Source: Patescibacteria group bacterium
GTDB lineage: Bacteria > Patescibacteriota > Minisyncoccia > Minisyncoccales > PEYH01
Direction of reading: 5' to 3'
DNA: 64,000 bases
NCBI GenBank assembly: GCA_018817645.1
Contig: JAHITK010000003.1
Coordinates: 9,922-73,921 of the forward strand
The position numbers were made by a program, and so were the translations under genes. Numbering within the stretch: the stretch's first letter is position 1; each line of letters starts with the position of its first letter. Positions 47,651-57,212 of this stretch are shown here, piece after piece. Under the pieces are notes generated by a model, which had not been told where the DNA came from, searched no databases, and saw only the letters and a program-made list of their open reading frames with translations.

Positions 47651-47696
47651 TTAAAATTAAAATAGTGCCAAATTAAAATAGTGCCAGGCACTATTT
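47651..47696. promoter_or_regulatory. Putative AbiEi operator: direct repeat ATTAAAATAGTGCCA x2, the second copy forming the palindrome AATAGTGCC-A-GGCACTATT
   Basis: Read directly, about 50 nt upstream of the AbiEi start. Confidence 0.5.
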
Positions 47697-47747
47697 ATTT
47701 TATCTATTTATCTATTTACTTATCGATTGATAGATTAGTACGATATA

Positions 47748-48413
47748 TTGACCCAGCGAATATTATGGGATATAATTGAACTGGAAAATACCTTAAAGTC
47801 TATTTCCAGTCTATATATGGATAAAAAACCCACTAAAGGTGAATATTTAGAGGTTTTATTAAGATTCCCCAAGACCGTCTTTTCTACCAAAGATGTTGCT
47901 TTATTATGGGGAGAAGAAAAGGAACAAACAATTACTGGACGGTTAAACAAATATGTTAAAGCCGGAAAGTTGGTCAGGGTTCGGCGCGGCATATATGCAA
48001 AGGATAAAAATTATGATCGCTTTGAGTTGGCGACCAGAATATATACGCCTTCGTATATCAGTTTCGAGACGGTATTAACCCGTGCTGGGGTAAATTTTCA
48101 GTACTACGGAACTATCTTTGCCGCATCCTACATAACCCGGGAAATTAGCGTCGGCAGTCAGAAAATTTCTTTTATTCGGATGAAAGATTATGTGTTGAGC
48201 AATACTGTCGGTATCAAGCACGCAGACGGTATTGCAACTGCAACCAAAGAGCGCGCTTTTTTAGATCGAATCTATGTCAGTAAGGATTATCATTTTGATA
48301 ACTTGGATGCGTTGGATTGGGATAAGGTATTTGAAATTTTGCCTATATACAACAACAAGAGAATGATCAGGAAAGTCAACGAGTATTTCAAACATTATAA
48401 AGCCACAAAATAA
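47748..48413 (+). CDS. AbiEi-family antitoxin/transcriptional regulator
   Basis: wHTH GRLNKYVKAGKLVRVRRGIYA plus C-terminal AbiEi domain. Confidence 0.65.
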   Translation: MTQRILWDIIELENTLKSISSLYMDKKPTKGEYLEVLLRFPKTVFSTKDVALLWGEEKEQTITGRLNKYVKAGKLVRVRRGIYAKDKNYDRFELATRIYTPSYISFETVLTRAGVNFQYYGTIFAASYITREISVGSQKISFIRMKDYVLSNTVGIKHADGIATATKERAFLDRIYVSKDYHFDNLDALDWDKVFEILPIYNNKRMIRKVNEYFKHYKATK

Positions 48414-48439
48414 AATACTTGTGGTGAGCTTATCGAATC

Positions 48440-49135
48440 ATGACATTGGATTATGCCAAACATAAAAATATACTACTTCAGATTTTGAAGGACATTTACT
48501 CTGACATATCAATTGCGCCTAATTTGGGCTTTAAGGGCGGCACGGCTGCTTTTCTATTCTATGAATTGAACCGCGGTTCAGTTGATTTGGATTTTGATCT
48601 GCTTGATGAAAGCAAAAAACAGGTCGTGTTTGATAAAATTCAAAAGATCGCTACTGGCTACGGAAAAATTATTGACTCCAGGGTTAAGCGTTTCAATCTG
48701 GTGAATGTAATCTCCTATGATACGAAATCACAGAATATTAAAATTGAGGTAAATAGGCGGGATTTTGGTTCACGATACGAATTAAAAACTCTGCTTGGTA
48801 TTTCGATGATAGTCATGGTTCGGGAAGATATGTTCGCTCACAAGCTTATGGCTATGTATGAACGGGTCGGCAAAACAAGCCGCGATATTTATGACATCTG
48901 GTTCTTCTTGAAGAATAACTGGCCGGTGAATAAAGAAATCATTAAACAAAGATCGGGTATGTCTTTTGAGGAGTTTCTGCAAAAGTGCGCAGAACAGCTT
49001 GGGAAAATGGATAATCGTAATATTCTGGTCGGTTTAGGCGAATCTCTTACCGAACCACAGAAAGATTGGGCTCGGGCAAAACTTCGGACGGAAACAATTT
49101 TTTTATTGAGAGCTCGATTAGAAAGCGAAAAGTGA
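48440..49135 (+). CDS. AbiEii-family nucleotidyltransferase toxin
   Basis: FKGGTAAFLFYELNRGSVDLDFD motif. Confidence 0.65.
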   Translation: MTLDYAKHKNILLQILKDIYSDISIAPNLGFKGGTAAFLFYELNRGSVDLDFDLLDESKKQVVFDKIQKIATGYGKIIDSRVKRFNLVNVISYDTKSQNIKIEVNRRDFGSRYELKTLLGISMIVMVREDMFAHKLMAMYERVGKTSRDIYDIWFFLKNNWPVNKEIIKQRSGMSFEEFLQKCAEQLGKMDNRNILVGLGESLTEPQKDWARAKLRTETIFLLRARLESEK

Positions 49136-49348
49136 ATTTATATCAAAAGAAATCGATATGAATTCAGGTTTAACATTCATCACAAAGGATAAGTAGATTT
49201 ATAAAAACAGAAGTTTGCAAAAACCAAAATTCAAAAAGATTTTTGATTCCTTATATCAGGGTCTTTTGAAAATTAATATGCTTGGTTCGCAGTGAAGCAT
49301 TTCAAAGGTCGAGTTTGTCGTTTATTAGACATTTAAGAATGAAAAATT

Positions 49349-49555
49349 ATGAATAAATTAAATGTTTTAGATTGGGTTGCCTTAATTTTAGTTATAATCG
49401 GCGGCTTAAATTGGGCTTTAGTTGGCTTGTTTAGTTTTGATTTGGTGGCGGCAATATTTGGAGCTATGTCTATTTTATCGCGTATCATTTATGTATTAGT
49501 TGGCTTGTCTGCGGTTTATCTCTTGGCTACTCTTGGTAAATTAGCTAAAGAATAA
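49349..49555 (+). CDS. DUF378-family small membrane protein
   Basis: LDWVALILVIIGGLNWALVGLFSFDLVAAIFG...RIIYVLVGLSAVYLL. Confidence 0.6.
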   Translation: MNKLNVLDWVALILVIIGGLNWALVGLFSFDLVAAIFGAMSILSRIIYVLVGLSAVYLLATLGKLAKE

Positions 49556-49705
49556 AGGATTTCCGAATTCAGATTCGGGTAACAGAAAGGAATCAAATAA
49601 AATGTATAAAAAGATTATCTCCCAATATCTTTTTAAAAAACAAAGGAACTCTAAGAGCTCCTTTCCTGTTGGCCGAATGTCATTCTCGGATACTGCCTGA
49701 TTGTG

Positions 49706-49933
49706 TTAAGGTTTAAGATGTACGCTCACCGAGGTAATGATTAGGCCTAAAACCGTGAGGACTGTCCCGAGTAAAGGAAAAGAGCTGTTCTGTCCAAGAC
49801 GAATTACTATTAACGCCAATCCGAACCCTACCATTACTATTCCAAGACCGATTCCTAAGATAGCGAGCCTCTCTTTCATCCACCTCACCCCCTCTTGAAT
49901 ATGTGCTATCTCACAATAACACACCGCATTCAC
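49706..49933 (-). CDS. Small hydrophobic hypothetical protein
   Basis: ORF with two TM helices only. Confidence 0.25.
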   Translation of the reverse strand: MNAVCYCEIAHIQEGVRWMKERLAILGIGLGIVMVGFGLALIVIRLGQNSSFPLLGTVLTVLGLIITSVSVHLKP

Positions 49934-50067
49934 TTGTAAAGATTAGAAAGGATTTTTTAAGATTGGATCGAGGGAGATATAAAGTCGCCAAAAGGGTATT
50001 TTTTTGATATAATAAACCAAGGAAAGGTCGTTTGAAGTAGTCGATTAATTATTAATATTTTTTAAAT

Positions 50068-50331
50068 ATGCCTGAAGAGGAAATTGAAGGTAAATTAATC
50101 GGTAAAATCATTCATTTTTTCGACAAAATTCAGGTTGCGGTGATTGAGCTCCTTGGTCCTCTAAAAGTAGGAGACGAAATCAGGATTGTCGGCGGTGAGA
50201 CGGATTTCGAGCAAGCCGTAGAATCAATGCAGATTGACCACCAAGAAATAGACAAAGCCAAAAAAGGAGACGAGGTTGGCTTAAAGGTCTCGGAGAAAGT
50301 CAGGGACGGCTATCGCGTTTATAAAATTTAG
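50068..50331 (+). CDS. Small EF-Tu-domain-2-like beta-barrel protein
   Basis: GKIIHFFDKIQVAVIELLGPLKVGDEIRIVGGETDFEQ...KKGDEVGLKV resembles translation-factor domain II. Confidence 0.4.
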   Translation: MPEEEIEGKLIGKIIHFFDKIQVAVIELLGPLKVGDEIRIVGGETDFEQAVESMQIDHQEIDKAKKGDEVGLKVSEKVRDGYRVYKI

Positions 50332-50354
50332 ACAATTTAAGCAGTTTCCCCAAA

Positions 50355-51476
50355 ATGACAGCTTTCTGGAAAGCGTTAACTGTTTTTGTTAGCACAATCA
50401 TAGGCGTGGGCATCTTCGGCTTGCCCTGGGTCGCTTTTAAAAGCGGATTTTTTGTTTTATTCGGGTATTTTTTGATATTGGGGGCAGTGGCGATTTTTGT
50501 TCATTTGATTTTGGGGGAAATTGTGGTTGGAACAAAAGCCGAGCGCCGATTCCCGGGTTATGTCAAACAATATTTAGGCAAAAGGTGGGGGACTGTTTCT
50601 TTCATTGCGATGTGCGCCGGGCTTTTTGGCGCCCAGCTGGCTTATTTGGTGGTGGGCGGCAGTTTTTTAGCCAATATTTTGACCCCCTATCTTGGCGGAA
50701 GCGTCTTAATCTATGTTCTGGTTTTTTTCATTCTGGGGAGCTTATTGATTTACAGAGACATCAAAAGCATTTGCCTGACAGATTTTCTGATTTTGATTCT
50801 TTTTTTAGGCATTCTCGCTTTTTTTGTTGTCAAATCATTGCCCCATATTAATCCGGTTAATTTTTTACAAACTAACTTTAAATATATTTTCCTGCCTTAC
50901 GGAGTAATAGTATTTTCCTTGTGGGGTTCGGCTATTTTGCCGGAAGTTAAGGAGATCCTGGGAAAAAGGAAAAAGGACTTAAGAAAAGTCATTATATCAG
51001 GCATACTTATTTCCGCGTTTGTTTATCTTATTTTCGTTATGGCGATACTGGGAGCCAGCGGGACAGCCACTTCCGAAAACGCAATTTCCGGTTTTGGTTT
51101 GGTAATTGGAGGCAACATCGCAAAAATAGGATTTATCTTTGGACTCCTCACTTGTTTCAGCTCCTATCTGTCTCTCGGGCTTACTTTAAAAAAGATTTTT
51201 TGGTATGACATCAAAATGCCGGAGAAAACTTCCTGGGCCGTCGCTTCTTTCGTGCCAATAGCGATGTTTCTTCTTGGCGCAAGGGAATTTATTAATATAA
51301 TCGGCTTTACCGGCGCGCTTGCGGGCGGCGTAGAGGGCTTCACTTTAATTTTTCTCTATCGCAGTTTTTTAAAGAAGAAAAAAGCCAGCCAAAAAATGAA
51401 TCCCCTTTATTTCTTGCTGGCCATATTTTTCATTTTAGGAATGATTGCAGAGATTTCTCACTTTTTCCGAGGGTAA
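50355..51476 (+). CDS. Amino-acid permease family transporter (Trp/Tyr-permease-like)
   Basis: TIIGVGIFGLPWV motif. About 11 TM helices. Confidence 0.5.
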   Translation: MTAFWKALTVFVSTIIGVGIFGLPWVAFKSGFFVLFGYFLILGAVAIFVHLILGEIVVGTKAERRFPGYVKQYLGKRWGTVSFIAMCAGLFGAQLAYLVVGGSFLANILTPYLGGSVLIYVLVFFILGSLLIYRDIKSICLTDFLILILFLGILAFFVVKSLPHINPVNFLQTNFKYIFLPYGVIVFSLWGSAILPEVKEILGKRKKDLRKVIISGILISAFVYLIFVMAILGASGTATSENAISGFGLVIGGNIAKIGFIFGLLTCFSSYLSLGLTLKKIFWYDIKMPEKTSWAVASFVPIAMFLLGAREFINIIGFTGALAGGVEGFTLIFLYRSFLKKKKASQKMNPLYFLLAIFFILGMIAEISHFFRG

Positions 51477-51608
51477 TCTAAATATTTTTTAAGCGGTCAT
51501 TGTTTTTTGTTTCGACCTTTTTTTATTTTCCCGGCTTGACAAGGCATTTTTAATGATTAAAATTAAAAAGTGATATAAAATCCGCTAAAGCTTGAAAAAA
51601 GCAAAATT

Positions 51609-52082
51609 ATGGACTTAGAGAGGGAAATCTATCTTACTAAAGAGGGATTGAGGAAGCTTGAGCAGGAGTATGAGGAGCTTAAGGCCCTGAAAAGTCAAAG
51701 GACAAAAGAAAACGCTCCTACCACTGCCGCTTCTTTGGAAATTGATTCTGAATATCTGGCCTTTCAGGACGATTTGAATTTGTTAGAGTCCAGAATCGCC
51801 GAACTGGAAACAATTTTAAAGAATTACCAATTAATAGCAGCGCCCAGCAAGGGCGCTCATAAAGAGGTTTCATTAGGCGCAACGGTAGTCGTGGAAATAG
51901 AGGGACAAGAAGATGAATTCACCATAGTCGGCTCTTTGGAAGCGAATCCGATGCTTGGCAGAATCAGCAACGAGTCGCCGGTGGGCAAGGCCCTTTTGGG
52001 GCGCAAAACCGGAGAGGAAGTAAAAGTTCAGTCAGCGGTAGCGACTGTTTATAAAATTAAGAAAATTACCTATCAGCTTTAG
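51609..52082 (+). CDS. greA: Transcription elongation factor GreA
   Basis: N-terminal coiled coil, then C-terminal FKBP-like domain VSLGATVVVE...SPVGKALLG. Confidence 0.8.
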   Translation: MDLEREIYLTKEGLRKLEQEYEELKALKSQRTKENAPTTAASLEIDSEYLAFQDDLNLLESRIAELETILKNYQLIAAPSKGAHKEVSLGATVVVEIEGQEDEFTIVGSLEANPMLGRISNESPVGKALLGRKTGEEVKVQSAVATVYKIKKITYQL

Positions 52083-52093
52083 CATTAAACGCA

Positions 52094-52117
52094 AAAGAGG
52101 GCGCTGCCCTCTTTTTG
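52094..52117 (+). terminator. Rho-independent terminator after greA
   Basis: AAGAGGGC-GCTG-CCCTCTT followed by TTTT. Confidence 0.6.
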
Positions 52118-52124
52118 AAATCCA

Positions 52125-53495
52125 ATGAGTTCCCTACTTGATTTTTTTATAAAACTCGGGAAATTAAAAACCAACAAGAGGAAAGGGTGGGTTCTTTACG
52201 GGATAAAAGACCCGGCCGCCACTGCTGACCATATTTTTAGAGGCGCTATTTTAGGCTGGGTTTTGAACAGCATCAATAAGAACAACAAGAAAAAAGGGTT
52301 TAATGACGCAAGGATTATTAAAAGCATCTTAATCCATCATTTGCCGGATATATATATCGGCGAAGAAACCCCTTACGATTCTTTGCTGCCGAAAGATATT
52401 GCTTCCGAGATTTCTAAGAAAGACCAAGATATTATCAGAGAAATCCTTAAAAAGCTGCCGCAGGTTTCCGCCGGGTTAGAGAGAAAGAGAGCAATCCAAA
52501 GACAGCAGCTTGAAGAAAAGACATTTCATAGGATTGTGGCAAAACTACCCAACGAAATTAAAAAAGATTTGGAAGATTTATGGTCAGAGCTGAATAAAAG
52601 AAGGACTAATTTGAGCAAATTTGCCTGGGAGTCGGCCAAATTGGAAAGTTATCTCCAGTCGCTGGAATATTGGAGAAAAGAGGGAAAGGTTCAGCATAAA
52701 CTATGGAATAGATGGGTGAAAAAGAATCTGAAAGAGTCCTTCATAATAAAGTTCCGGAAGGAGATAGACAAGTATTTGATAAATAATCATAAAAAGTGCG
52801 AAAAAGACGCTTTATGCGAACTGCTTCGTTTCTTGAACGAAGTCGGCAGGTTGAAATCGCTCAAAAGGACTGGTTGGGTTTTGAGGCGGGTCAAGAAGCC
52901 GGAAAGCGTTGCCCAGCACACTTTTCAAATGACAATAATGAGCTGGGTGCTTGGAAAAATAAAAGGATTGGATACTGACAGAATTGTCAAAATCGCCTTA
53001 GTTCATGATTTATGCGAGGTTTATGCCGGAGACCAGACGCCCTACGACCCCATATTGGTGGCAGACAAGGAAGTAGTGCGCAAGCTCGTTGAAAAAGCGC
53101 CCAGAGTTCCTAAGGCCCAGCGAATAGAATGGCTTTTCAAGAAGCGGGAAAAGGAATGGAAGGCAATCGTTGAACTGACTTCAAATCTCCCGAAGATTTT
53201 ACAGAAAGAGATGATCAGCTTATGGCTGGACTGCGAAGAGGGATTGACCAAAGAAGGAAGATTTGTGTCGCAAGTGGATAAGCTGGTAAATCTTTTTCAA
53301 GCCATTGAATACTGGAAAAAAGATAATAATTTTCCGATTGAGTCCTGGTGGGTTTTTATAAAGGAGAGGGTGGACGATCCCTTGCTATTAAAATTTACCG
53401 ATGAGCTGGACAAAGAATTTGCCATAGCCAACAGAATATCCAGTAAAAATAAAAACAAGAGAGCCGGCAAGGCGAAGAGTCCAAAGGAAAAATAA
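52125..53495 (+). CDS. Tandem-duplicated HD-domain hydrolase (YfbR-like 5'-deoxynucleotidase fold x2)
   Basis: Two repeats of KR.GW.L...ESVA.H.F......W...ALVHDL.E.YAGD.TPYD. Confidence 0.6.
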   Translation: MSSLLDFFIKLGKLKTNKRKGWVLYGIKDPAATADHIFRGAILGWVLNSINKNNKKKGFNDARIIKSILIHHLPDIYIGEETPYDSLLPKDIASEISKKDQDIIREILKKLPQVSAGLERKRAIQRQQLEEKTFHRIVAKLPNEIKKDLEDLWSELNKRRTNLSKFAWESAKLESYLQSLEYWRKEGKVQHKLWNRWVKKNLKESFIIKFRKEIDKYLINNHKKCEKDALCELLRFLNEVGRLKSLKRTGWVLRRVKKPESVAQHTFQMTIMSWVLGKIKGLDTDRIVKIALVHDLCEVYAGDQTPYDPILVADKEVVRKLVEKAPRVPKAQRIEWLFKKREKEWKAIVELTSNLPKILQKEMISLWLDCEEGLTKEGRFVSQVDKLVNLFQAIEYWKKDNNFPIESWWVFIKERVDDPLLLKFTDELDKEFAIANRISSKNKNKRAGKAKSPKEK

Positions 53496-53513
53496 ATTGT
53501 TGATAGATATTTC

Positions 53514-53537
53514 TAAAGCCCAAGCAAGGGCTTTTTG
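53514..53537 (+). terminator. Stem-loop plus T-run after the HD-domain gene
   Basis: AAGCCC-AAGCAA-GGGCTT then TTTGCTTTTT. Confidence 0.5.
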
Positions 53538-53577
53538 CTTTTTACCAAACAAAGAGATGTGATAAAATGAATTCAAT

Positions 53578-54549
53578 ATGATTAACCAGGAATTGGCAAA
53601 TATCTTATACGAAATCGGTTATTTTCTGGAAATGGAAGAGGCCGCTTTCAGGCCTCAGGCCTATGAGAAGGCGGCGATTGTTCTGGAAAATTCAGAAGAG
53701 AGCGTGCGCGATATTTATAATAGAGGCGGGATTAAAGCGTTGGTTGCAATGCCCGGGATAGGAGAAAGCATTGCCAAAAAAATCGAGGAGTATCTTAAAA
53801 CCGGGAAAATTGAATATTATGAGAAATGGAAAAAGAAAGTGCCGGTTGACATTGAAGGACTAATGGCCGTGGAAGGAGTGGGGCCAAAGACAATCCGGAT
53901 TTTATATGAGGAGCTCGGGGTTACTGACAGAAAGGAGCTGGAAGAGGCGGCGATGAACCATAAAATCTCTCCTCTTTTTGGATTTGGCAAAAAAAAGGAA
54001 GAAAATATTCTGCAAAGCATCGCCCTTTTGAAAGCCAAAAAAGAAAGATTCCCTTTTGAGAAAATTTTTCCCACCGCCAGAGACATTAAAACCAGATTAA
54101 ACTCTTTAAAAGAGGTGAAGAAGATTGATTTGGCCGGCTCTTTGCGCCGGAGGGAAGAGACAATCGGCGATATCGATATTTTAGCGATGACTTCGCGTCC
54201 GGAAAAAGTGGTGTCCTTTTTTATTAATCTTCCGGAGGTAGTGAGAATCTGGGGCAAGGGCAAAACCAAGGCCTCTGTCCGTTTAAGACAGGGCATAGAC
54301 GCGGACTTAAGAGTTATCCCGGAAATCAGTTACGGCGCGGCTCTCCAGTATTTCACCGGCTCCAAAGAACACAATGTGGCTTTGAGAAAAATAGCCATTG
54401 AAAAAGGAATGAAACTCAATGAATACGGGCTTTTCAAGGGAAAAAGAAGGGTGGCCGGCCGGCGAGAAAAAGACGTTTACGCCGCCCTCGGTCTTCAGTG
54501 GGTTTCGCCTGAATTGAGGAAAGGAAGGGGCGAAATAGCGGTTATTTAA
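53578..54549 (+). CDS. Family X DNA polymerase (Pol beta-like core, no PHP domain)
   Basis: HhH motifs, GSLRRREETIGDIDIL nucleotidyltransferase motif, YGLFKG. Confidence 0.75.
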   Translation: MINQELANILYEIGYFLEMEEAAFRPQAYEKAAIVLENSEESVRDIYNRGGIKALVAMPGIGESIAKKIEEYLKTGKIEYYEKWKKKVPVDIEGLMAVEGVGPKTIRILYEELGVTDRKELEEAAMNHKISPLFGFGKKKEENILQSIALLKAKKERFPFEKIFPTARDIKTRLNSLKEVKKIDLAGSLRRREETIGDIDILAMTSRPEKVVSFFINLPEVVRIWGKGKTKASVRLRQGIDADLRVIPEISYGAALQYFTGSKEHNVALRKIAIEKGMKLNEYGLFKGKRRVAGRREKDVYAALGLQWVSPELRKGRGEIAVI

Positions 54550-54620
54550 AATAATTAGATTTAAGTCCTTTTATTTGTTATGATAAAGATATTAACCATT
54601 AATAATTAACTAATACGCAT

Positions 54621-56582
54621 ATGAGATATAAGAATACAAAAATAGCAATAGTTTCCTTACTGTTCTTTTTCGCTCTTGGGGGCATAGCGTCTGCCCAGGA
54701 ATCCTGCGCTTCTTTATATGAACAACACGGAACTATTATTAACAGATATGACAGCGACCAAAACGGAAAAATATCCCTTCAAGAATCAGATGCCGCTGTT
54801 TCGGCTTGGTTTGAATACGCCTGGACAGACAATGATTTGCTGGGATTATTAAAATTTGCCAGGCAGGGGTGTGTTATCCCGTCTCTTGAGAATGATCCGG
54901 TATCCGGAACGCTTTCCGCTTCTGCCATCCAGGTAAATATCGGAGAGACAATTGTGCTGACCGTGACCGGCAAAGATAATGACGGCTTACAGAATCTTTG
55001 GGCCTATTATCAAGGAAGTTGGCACAATAAGCCGGTGCAAGGGGAGGCAGCAGACACCACTTTTACTTTTTCAGAATCAAAAGCCGGGACCTATGTTTAT
55101 AAAGGATATATCTATGGGAGCCAGCCCACTGGGGTCAAAGAAACTGCCTGGACCACTCCCCAAGAGGTGAGAGTGGAGGTTTTGCCGGCAACGGTTGTTG
55201 ATTGCCATTATTATTATTGGTTTGACGATGATACGCCCGCTTGCGGTTATAAACAATTTTGCGGTGCGTATGTCTATTATGGACTAAGAACCTTTGCCAC
55301 TCAACAAGAGTGTGAAGAGGCATTGCCGGAAACTCCCTCGGAGAATAATCTTGTTTCCGGAACCTTATCTGTTTCTGCTGCGCAAGTAAGCCCCGGGGAT
55401 GATATTACTTTAACTGTTACTGGACAAGATAATGATGGATTATATGCTTTATTGGTTTATTATCAGGGACAATGGTACAAAAAATTAGTCCAGGGCACGA
55501 CGGCCAGCGCCACCTTTACTTTTTCGGAATCCCAGCCAGGGGTTTATACCTATTTTGGATATGTTTACGGCAAAACGCCAGGCGGCAATTTAGAGTTTAA
55601 TTGGACCGAGCCGAAAATAGTGACAGTTAAAGTTCAAAGCAGTCAGGTTGCTGGAGGTCCGGATTTGATTATTTCTTCAGTAAGCACGAGCCCGAGCTCG
55701 CTCACCATTGCAGACGATGTTGATTTCAAAGTGACTATCAAGAATATTGGCACGCAGCAGTTGCCGGTTGTCTCAAGCGGAATTATCACAAAAGTTTCTT
55801 CAAGCTCTATGGAAGGATCTGGCTGGAGAATATGCGACGCAATGACCACCCAACTCAAGGTAGGCGAAAGCGCAACCATCGATTGTCCGATTGTGCAGAG
55901 ATTATCAAAAGGAAGCCATAATTTCACATTTTTAGTGGATTCGTCCTATCGCTTAGCAGAAGGTAATGAGAATAACAATGAATTTTCAAAAACAGTCAGC
56001 GTCGGGGGCGGGACAATAGTTAATAATGATGTGGTGTCAGGAACATTTGCAGCCAGCGCGGCGAATGTTAATGTCGGTCAATCATTTACTCTTACAATAA
56101 TAGCCCAAGATGACCAGGGAGTGGAGAAAATAAAAATGTATTATAAAGGGGCGTGGCGTACTTTTGACTGCGGAGGACAGACATCCTGCACTAAGAGTTC
56201 TGATTTATACGAGTCAACGGCCGGAACCTATACATATTATGCCATAGTTTATGGGTACGATTTAAACGGCAATTCAGAGAATAACAACACCAGCCCCCCT
56301 TCAATGAGGGTCGTGGTCAAGCAGGCCGGCAATTGCGCGGAAACAGACGGGGGGAAGGATTATTATACGAAAGGCACAACAACAAATATTATCACTGATG
56401 GAGGACTTTCTTTGAGCAGTTGGACTGATATTTGTCTCAAAGACAACCAAACCGCTTTAGCCGGCCAGGAGAATTATTTGTTTGAAGCGTATTGCGACGA
56501 TAATGGAATAGGCCGGCTGATGTCGGGGCCAACCGCTTATATCTGTCCGAAAGGATGTCAAAATGGGGTATGTATTAAATAG
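54621..56582 (+). CDS. Secreted multi-repeat protein with CARDB-like domain and Cys-rich C-terminus
   Basis: Signal peptide. Three about 115-aa repeats (VSGTLSASA.QV..G..I.LTVTG.DNDGL...YYQG.W). DLIISSVSTSPSSL...KNIGTQ fits CARDB. Confidence 0.5.
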   Translation: MRYKNTKIAIVSLLFFFALGGIASAQESCASLYEQHGTIINRYDSDQNGKISLQESDAAVSAWFEYAWTDNDLLGLLKFARQGCVIPSLENDPVSGTLSASAIQVNIGETIVLTVTGKDNDGLQNLWAYYQGSWHNKPVQGEAADTTFTFSESKAGTYVYKGYIYGSQPTGVKETAWTTPQEVRVEVLPATVVDCHYYYWFDDDTPACGYKQFCGAYVYYGLRTFATQQECEEALPETPSENNLVSGTLSVSAAQVSPGDDITLTVTGQDNDGLYALLVYYQGQWYKKLVQGTTASATFTFSESQPGVYTYFGYVYGKTPGGNLEFNWTEPKIVTVKVQSSQVAGGPDLIISSVSTSPSSLTIADDVDFKVTIKNIGTQQLPVVSSGIITKVSSSSMEGSGWRICDAMTTQLKVGESATIDCPIVQRLSKGSHNFTFLVDSSYRLAEGNENNNEFSKTVSVGGGTIVNNDVVSGTFAASAANVNVGQSFTLTIIAQDDQGVEKIKMYYKGAWRTFDCGGQTSCTKSSDLYESTAGTYTYYAIVYGYDLNGNSENNNTSPPSMRVVVKQAGNCAETDGGKDYYTKGTTTNIITDGGLSLSSWTDICLKDNQTALAGQENYLFEAYCDDNGIGRLMSGPTAYICPKGCQNGVCIK

Positions 56583-56595
56583 AAAGGAGCGATTT

Positions 56596-56637
56596 TAAAA
56601 ACCTAAAAACCCGCTTCGGGCGGGTTTTTAGGTTTTT
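56596..56637. terminator. Long bidirectional hairpin between convergent genes
   Basis: AAAAACCTAAAAACCCGC-TTCG-GGCGGGTTTTTAGGTTTTT. Confidence 0.7.
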
Positions 56638-56656
56638 AATAATCAATGATTACTAA

Positions 56657-57004
56657 TCATTTAATCGCTTCTTCGATGATTTTTTCAAATATTTTTGGCT
56701 GTTTCTGGGCCAGTTGAGCCAAGATTTTTCTGTCTATGGCGATGTTTTTTTTCTTGAGAGCGCCCATTAATTTGCTGTAGGAGATATTTTGTTTTCTGGA
56801 ACCGGCATTAATCTGGGTCTGCCACAGCTGTCTTTTTTCGCGCTTTCTCACTTTCCGATCCCTATAATTATAAGACAGGGCATGGAATAATGCTTCTTTG
56901 GCCAAAGCATATCTGTTTTTTCTGCCCCAGCGGAATCCCTTGGTTTGTTTTAACAGGTTTTTCCGGCGCTGGTGGGCTGATGTTCCGCGTTTTACTCTTA
57001 CCAT
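56657..57004 (-). CDS. rplT: 50S ribosomal protein L20
   Basis: MVRVKRGTSAHQRRKNLLKQTKGFRWGRKN... Confidence 0.9.
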   Translation of the reverse strand: MVRVKRGTSAHQRRKNLLKQTKGFRWGRKNRYALAKEALFHALSYNYRDRKVRKREKRQLWQTQINAGSRKQNISYSKLMGALKKKNIAIDRKILAQLAQKQPKIFEKIIEEAIK

Positions 57005-57005
57005 A

Positions 57006-57212
57006 TTATATAGACATCAATTTTTTAATTTTTTTGGATTCGGATTTTGGTAATTCCACCCATCTCCTTTTCTCTTGTATCTGTTTTCCTGATTTTTTTG
57101 ACCGGAAATGGTTTTGCCCGGTCGCTTGGCGCAAAATCTTCCCGCTTTTGGTTAGTTTAAATCTTTTAGCTAACGACTTCTTTGTCTTCGCCTTTTTTCT
57201 TTTCTGCGGCAT
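57006..57212 (-). CDS. rpmI: 50S ribosomal protein L35
   Basis: MPQKRKKAKTKKSLAKRFKLTKSGK... Confidence 0.85.
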   Translation of the reverse strand: MPQKRKKAKTKKSLAKRFKLTKSGKILRQATGQNHFRSKKSGKQIQEKRRWVELPKSESKKIKKLMSI

